Below are positions 63,131 through 64,000 of a stretch of 64,000 nt of DNA, in pieces (position 1 is the stretch's first letter; each line of letters opens with the position of its first letter). Below the pieces are notes generated by a model that searched no databases, was not told the origin of the DNA, and saw only the letters and a list, made by a program, of their open reading frames with translations. Source of the stretch: Paraspadella gotoi (lineage: Eukaryota; Animalia; Chaetognatha); NCBI GenBank assembly GCA_051294375.1, contig CM119269.1:18275413-18339412 (forward strand). Direction: 5' to 3'. The translations under genes were made by a program, and so were the position numbers.

Positions 63131-64000
63131 CTACGCGCTTTGGTCCGGTATCGTTATTTGATGCCGCACGAGTTGGAATATGTGATTCATAAAGTGGGTC
63201 ATTCACGTCGGGAAGATGATGCGGTGACGTCCGCCTCCGAATGGAGGACGGAATTTAATTACCACAAACGTTTTTTTCGAGTCGAGGGAGGGGGGGTGTT
63301 TGAGAGTCGTCCGTGCGAACGAATGATTGATTATCTCTTTAATAAGGGTCATTATTCCCCACTTATTTTTAGCCTTAAAAAAAAATTAAATGAAGAATTA
63401 CTAGTTATTACTAGTAATTTTCTTTAACTCCATTTAATTCCCTTAAGGAGAGCCAAACTTCGTCAATGGGGTGGGTCAGAAGTTTGATTTGGGAACTTTT
63501 TCAAATGAAACTTCATACATTTCTGAGAAAACTTTCAATGGAACAAAATTGTCTTAAATGGCAAGAAGCATTAGTAATTAATTTTTTAATATTTATTTAT
63601 AGATAGGAAATGTCAAAAAATTTTTTTTGAATTTTTTATTTTTAAAAGCAGATTCAAATAGCTTGTGAAAAGTTATTTACACAAAGTATAATTCTTATTT
63701 CAATATTTTGATGATAAGTGGGTTAAAATTGAAAAAAACCTTAAAAAATCATCATCATCATCATCATCCGATGATTTTAGCAGTTTTTACTAATTTTCAG
63801 TAATAAAACATCAAAATTTTAAAAAGTTGTAATTATATTTTTTGCTTAACTTTTTAAGCTCTATCAGAATCAATTAAAAAAACTTAAAATATCCAAAAAA
63901 AATTTAACATTATATACCAATATAATAATATTAATTAGCGAATTACTCAATGATTAATACCAATAATGGATTAGATTAATGCTGTTCCCATTAAAATTTG

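Overview
This is AT-rich, microsatellite-laden eukaryotic (probably animal) genomic DNA from a low-quality hybrid scaffold. Accurate short contigs separated by N gaps alternate with unpolished, indel-rich long-read sequence. Almost all ORFs in the supplied track are spurious products of simple repeats. The one well-supported element is a full-length 6.3-kb Ty3/Gypsy LTR retrotransposon on the minus strand (37021-43338). It has two ~560-610 bp LTRs with TG...CA ends, an exact 5-bp TSD (CTCTT), a gag with a CHCC-type knuckle, a GGGAAAC slippery heptamer and pol domains PR-RT-RH-IN, all broken by probable sequencing indels. It appears to sit antisense in a short intron of a plus-strand gene with a sushi/CCP-like exon, and a possible transmembrane plus cytoplasmic-tail exon lies further on. 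Much of the remainder is kb-scale inverted (fold-back) and direct duplication in which one copy is clean and the other noisy, most likely WGA/long-read chimeras or scaffolding artefacts. Smaller features include an alternating-spacer ~70-bp satellite (6793-7359), a perfect 32-bp-stem hairpin (19461-19546), 24-, 12- and 50-bp minisatellites and a degenerate telomere-like tract. I found no convincing novel multi-gene system. Coordinates in noisy regions are approximate and all alignments were made by eye.
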